DNA from: an uncultured Bacillus sp.
Lineage (GTDB): Bacteria; Bacillota; Bacilli; Bacillales; Cytobacillaceae
Reading direction: 5' to 3'
Assembly (NCBI GenBank): GCA_963530265.1
Contig: CAUSCO010000026.1
Location: 5,138 to 69,137, forward strand
Length of the DNA stretch: 64,000 nt
Shown: piece by piece, positions 62,505-64,000 of the stretch
How the letters are laid out: the number at the start of each line of letters is the position of its first letter
How positions within the stretch are numbered: the stretch's first letter is position 1
Translations under genes and position numbers: made by a program
The notes under the pieces: generated by a model
Told to the model about the DNA's origin: nothing
Seen by the model: only the letters and a program-made list of their open reading frames with translations
Database searches by the model: none

Positions 62505-62848
62505 CCCTCCCCTTCTTTTTTTTACAGAAGCAAACTAGAACTGGATATGACTATATTTCCACTTTCCGTCAGTATCCAAGTCATGATTTTATATATTTTT
62601 ATTCATCTATCTCTTTATTAATTATATCATTAGTAAAATAAAAACAATTTTGAATTTTGGCTAACAAGTGAATATTGTTGATTTTAATATAATCAATTTT
62701 GTATTTACTATCATTGTGGGGGAGACTTTTGGATTAATTCTTTATGTAAATTGAGGAAAAATAATTAAACGGATGCTATCCTAAGCAATCTGTGGAACAA
62801 AAAAGAACTTGGATTCCAAGTTCTTTTTTGTTCATTATTTGATTATGC

Positions 62849-63724
62849 TTAATTCTCTGTTTTAGAGATTTGACTAACAATTTGGGGTAATGCCTCGCTA
62901 ATTGAGGTAGCTGGACGACCAAGAAGTTTTTCGAAATCCTTGCTCTCAAAGTCTAGTGAGCCTACGCGAATGCTTCTTTGGATTTCAACAAGTATAGGAA
63001 GAACGAAGTCTGGAATGCCAGCATTTTTCATAATATCAGCATAAGTGTCATCATCAACCTGTTGCACAGGTACTTCTTTTCCCAATACGTTGCTAAGAAC
63101 AGACACTAGTTCTTCCTGAGTCAATGACTTACCGGAAAGTTCATAGATTGTATTTTCGTGCCCATTGCCAGATAGTACCGCTGCAGCTGCTTCTGCATAA
63201 TCTTGTTGTGGTGCCCAGCCTACCATGCCGTTTCCTGCTGATGTCACCCAAGGAGCACCAGCTATGACACCTTGAATGCTTGGAATTTCATTTTCCAAGT
63301 ACCAGTTATTACGTAAAAAGGAGTAAGGAATGCCTGTTTTCAAAATCGCCTTTTCTGTTGCCTGATGCGTTGGGGCGAATAAGTTTTTACTTTCCTGTGC
63401 ATTTGCTAAGCTCGTATAGGCAATGAATTTAACTCTAGCACGCTCTGCTGCAGCCACTGCATTGGCATGCTGACGAATTCTTGTTTCATTGTCTCCATCA
63501 GCAGAAATAATTAATAAGCGGTCAATACCTGCAAAAGCAGAATCTAATGTTTCCGGATGATCAAAATCTCCGTGTCGTACTTCTACTCCACGAGCCTGTA
63601 TTCCTTCTGCTTTTTCTGGATTACGAACACTGACAGCAAGTTGACTAGCTGGTACAGTCTTTAATAACGTCTCCACCACTTTTGTCCCAAACTTACCTGT
63701 TGCTCCCGTCACTAACATTTTCAT
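62849..63724 (-). CDS. NmrA-like SDR / quinone oxidoreductase (QorB/YtfG-like)
   Basis: VTGATG, LLIIS, YTS, LRNNWYLEN, YELSG. Confidence 0.9.
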   Translation of the reverse strand: MKMLVTGATGKFGTKVVETLLKTVPASQLAVSVRNPEKAEGIQARGVEVRHGDFDHPETLDSAFAGIDRLLIISADGDNETRIRQHANAVAAAERARVKFIAYTSLANAQESKNLFAPTHQATEKAILKTGIPYSFLRNNWYLENEIPSIQGVIAGAPWVTSAGNGMVGWAPQQDYAEAAAAVLSGNGHENTIYELSGKSLTQEELVSVLSNVLGKEVPVQQVDDDTYADIMKNAGIPDFVLPILVEIQRSIRVGSLDFESKDFEKLLGRPATSISEALPQIVSQISKTEN

Positions 63725-63782
63725 TGTATAATTCCCCCAATTATGTTTGATTGAACTCTAATACAAAATTGCTTTGTTTTAT

Positions 63783-63837
63783 TGTAACCTTTTTGATTAC
63801 CTGTAATAACAATAGTTACATTTAAGATTTTTGTCAA
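63783..63837 (-). promoter_or_regulatory. sigmaA promoter with tandem TGTAA-N9-TTACA operators
   Basis: TTGACA(63832-37)-N17-TATTGT; sites 63802-63820 (exact) and 63783-63801 (1 mismatch). Confidence 0.65.
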
Positions 63838-64000
63838 TTGATTTGAATAGCAATTTTTTTAAAGTATACCCAAACATTATTAAAATATTGTTAAAGATCT
63901 TGTTGAAAGAGAATTTTACAATAATAAATTAATAAATGACATTCTTTATAACAGAATGTCTTTTTTGTTTTTACCATAACCCCCAATTTAAAAACAAGGC

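Overview
Low-GC chromosomal segment from an endospore-forming Bacillaceae member (Bacillus/Neobacillus-like). It carries about 60 genes; I saw no rRNA, tRNA, CRISPR array, prophage or intact transposase. Recognisable modules: a sigmaE-type LysM/M14 peptidoglycan peptidase; the treP-treA-treR trehalose operon with TreR and cre sites; an SRAP protein; a Gly/Tyr/Met/His 12-aa-repeat protein; a stand-alone SET-domain protein; T-box(Ile)-controlled ilvA; an orphan sigmaH/Spo0A-type PAS kinase; a LytS/LytTR + OFA-MFS module with an E. coli YpdB-type operator; a Zur-boxed Zn-binding lipoprotein; cotD; an ABC exporter that looks horizontally acquired; and a quinone-detox region with MhqR and Rrf2-type operators. 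The most striking system is an ~11 kb minus-strand glycine/serine/one-carbon locus (38.5-49.4 kb): permease, glyA, ACT-less sdaAB, sdaAA, gcvT, gcvH, gcvPA, gcvPB, a HesB-like gene and purU, under two closely related tandem glycine riboswitches. The upstream riboswitch sits in front of what looks like a decayed permease gene. Hand reading also suggests a ~100-nt anti-SD-bearing sRNA, a deletion scar of a MarR repressor, a three-copy 13-bp intergenic palindrome and two unannotated small ORFs. All calls are from motif recognition only; no searches were run.
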